In this document: positions 31,981-32,000 of the stretch, piece after piece | Layout of the letters: the number at the start of each line of letters is the position of its first letter | Numbering within the stretch: the stretch's first letter is position 1 | Assembly (NCBI RefSeq): GCF_000400465.1 | Contig: NW_008806282.1 | Span: 404,659-436,658, forward strand | DNA: 32,000 bases | Origin: Wallemia ichthyophaga EXF-994 | Lineage: Eukaryota; Fungi; Basidiomycota | Reading direction: 5' to 3' | Made by a program: the position numbers and the translations under genes | Notes under the pieces: model-generated | What the model was told of the DNA's origin: nothing | The model's database searches: none | Seen by the model: the letters and a program-made list of their open reading frames with translations, nothing else

Positions 31981-32000
31981 TGATGATGATGATGATGATG
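31981..32000. repeat. (TGA/GAT)n trinucleotide microsatellite running off the window end
   Basis: tgatgatgatgatgatgatg. Confidence 0.9.

Noticed and set aside
30841-32000. Stop-codon reassignment as an explanation for the in-frame TAG/TGA codons
   Set aside because: TAA, TAG and TGA all terminate conserved genes elsewhere in this window (e.g. H2B TAA, UTP13 TAG, UPF3 TGA).
1-32000. Transposon, telomeric repeat, rRNA or CRISPR features
   Set aside because: I saw no transposase or RT motifs, terminal repeats, telomere arrays, rRNA-like segments or repeat-spacer arrays.

Overview
Gene-dense eukaryotic DNA from a fungus, probably a basidiomycete. The very short introns (mostly 44-71 nt), tiny intergenic gaps and protein style suggest a compact Wallemia-like genome (inference, not searched). 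About 20 protein-coding genes can be reconstructed, most split by introns that the ORF track ignores. In order: inositol polyphosphate 5-phosphatase (3' partial), sideroflexin, a twin-CX9C protein, CIA2/FAM96B, a trypsin-like peptidase, UPF3, an MDR/quinone oxidoreductase, a RING-H2/coiled-coil E3, RPN7, eIF2B-gamma, UTP13, a divergent H2A/H2B pair, eIF2B-epsilon, a T5orf172/MUG113 protein, NDC1, APC5, Rad26/ATRIP, an NmrA-like reductase, a pterin carbinolamine dehydratase and a spliced small membrane-protein gene not shown whole in the ORF track. The last ~1.6 kb is AT-richer and looks like a degenerate coding region. I saw no tRNA, rRNA, CRISPR array or intact transposon. Main oddities: (1) start codons of divergent genes only 25-84 bp apart, including a 25-bp gap with a 14-bp palindrome; (2) GTGGGT as a dominant splice donor, with frequent CTCAC branch sites; (3) pervasive 9-bp tandem micro-duplications in coding and non-coding DNA; (4) a TRAIP-like RING protein with SIM-like motifs behind a cluster of MCB/SCB-like sites. 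Exon boundaries were placed by eye.
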